A stretch of DNA of 64,000 nt from Anolis carolinensis (Eukaryota): the NCBI RefSeq assembly GCF_035594765.1, contig NW_026943818.1, positions 31,307,559 through 31,371,558 on the forward strand, given 5' to 3'. The position numbers and the translations under genes are program-made. Shown in pieces: positions 62,523 through 64,000 of the stretch. The notes beneath the pieces are model-generated. The model was not told the DNA's origin. It searched no databases and saw nothing but the letters and a program-made list of their open reading frames with translations. Every line of letters starts with the position of its first letter. Position 1 is the stretch's first letter.

Positions 62523-64000
62523 GAGGACACCCAACCCCACCAATGGTGGATCTGGACCAACATGGCCAACATGACTCAACAACATGGCCAACTGGGAGTT
62601 ATAGTTCACCTGTATTCTGAGAACATTGAACCCCACCAATGATGGATCTGGACCAACATGACCCAACATGGCCAACTGGGAGTTATAGTTCACCCGTATT
62701 CAGAGGACACTGAACCCCACCAATGATGGATCTGGACCAACATGACCCAACATGGCCAACTGGGAGTTATAGTTCACCCGTATTCAGAGGACACTGAACT
62801 CCACCAATGATGGATCTGGACCAACATGACCCAACATGACCCAACATGACCCAACATGGCCAACTGGGAGTTATAGTTCACCCGTATTCAGAGGACACTG
62901 AACCCCACCAATGATGGATCTGGACCAACATGACCCAACATGGCCAACTGGGAGTTATAGTTCACCCGTATTCAGAGGACACTGAACTCCACCAATGATG
63001 GATCTGGACCAACATGACCCAACATGACCCAACATGACCCAACATGGCCAACTGGGAGTTATAGTTCACCCGTATTCAGAGGACACTGAACTCCACCAAT
63101 GATGGATCTGGACCAACATGACCCAACATGACCCAACATGACCCAACATGGCCAACTGGGAGTTATAGTTCACCCGTATTCAGAGGACACTGAACTCCAC
63201 CAATGATGGATCTGGACCAACATGACCCAACATGACCCAACATGACCCAACATGGCCAACTGGGAGTTATAGTTCACCCGTATTCAGAGGACACTGAACC
63301 CCACCAATGATGGATCTGGACCAACATGACCCAACATGGCCAACTGGGAGTTATAGTTCACCCGTATTCAGAGGACACTGAACTCCACCAATGATGGATC
63401 TGGACCAACATGACCCAACATGACCCAACATGACCCAACATGGCCAACTGGGAGTTATAGTTCACCCGTATTCAGAGGACACTGAACCCCACCAATGATG
63501 GATCTGGACCAACATGACCCAACATGGCCAACTGGGAGTTATAGTTCACCCGTATTCAGAGGACACTGAACTCCACCAATGATGGATCTGGACCAACATG
63601 ACCCAACATGACCCAACATGACCCAACATGGCCAACTGGGAGTTATAGTTCACCCGTATTCTGAGAACATTGAACCCCACCAATGATGGATCTGGACCAA
63701 CATGACCCAACATGGCCAACTGGGAGTTATAGTTCACCCGTATTCAGAAGACACTGAACTCCACCAATGATGGATCTGGACCAACATGACCCAACATGAC
63801 CCAACATGACCCAACATGGCCAACTGGGAGTTATAGTTCACCCGTATTCTGAGAACATTGAACCCCACCAATGATGGATCTGGACCAACATGACCCAACA
63901 TGGCCAACTGGGAGTTATAGTTCACCCGTATTCAGAAGACACTGAACTCCACCAATGATGGATCTGGACCAACATGACCCAACATGACCCAACATGACCC
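62523..64000. repeat. Minisatellite, 84/104-bp units, running off the window
   Basis: CAACTGGGAGTTATAGTTCACCCGTATTC..GGATCTGGACCAACAT(GACCCAACAT)n. Confidence 0.95.

Overview
Vertebrate genomic DNA, inferred to be a squamate (Anolis-like) from its (TAA)n-rich introns and Helitron, mariner-MITE, hAT, Penelope, CR1 and Dong/R4 content, with several assembly gaps. Five spliced genes were reconstructed by hand from splice sites and reading phase. They are a divergent RFX2-like gene (minus, 3' end not in the window), BABAM1 (plus, head-to-head with it), ANKLE1 (plus, with a 3.1-kb repeat-expanded exon), ABHD8 (minus) and MFSD12 (minus, exon 1 off the right edge). Most long introns hold their own tandem array starting close to an exon border. 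The most unusual observations are: (1) arrays built from copies of the neighbouring 3' splice site, including nine stop-carrying decoy acceptors in ANKLE1; (2) 13 co-oriented CTCF-consensus motifs in an MFSD12 intron; (3) a Dong/R4 retroelement with a twin-priming-like 5' inversion whose leader folds into a box C/D kink-turn; (4) RFX X-box clusters in the RFX gene's own promoter and first intron; (5) a 9-copy promoter module upstream of ANKLE1; (6) one U12-type and two GC-AG introns. Gene, motif and repeat-family identities rest on recalled sequences, not database searches.
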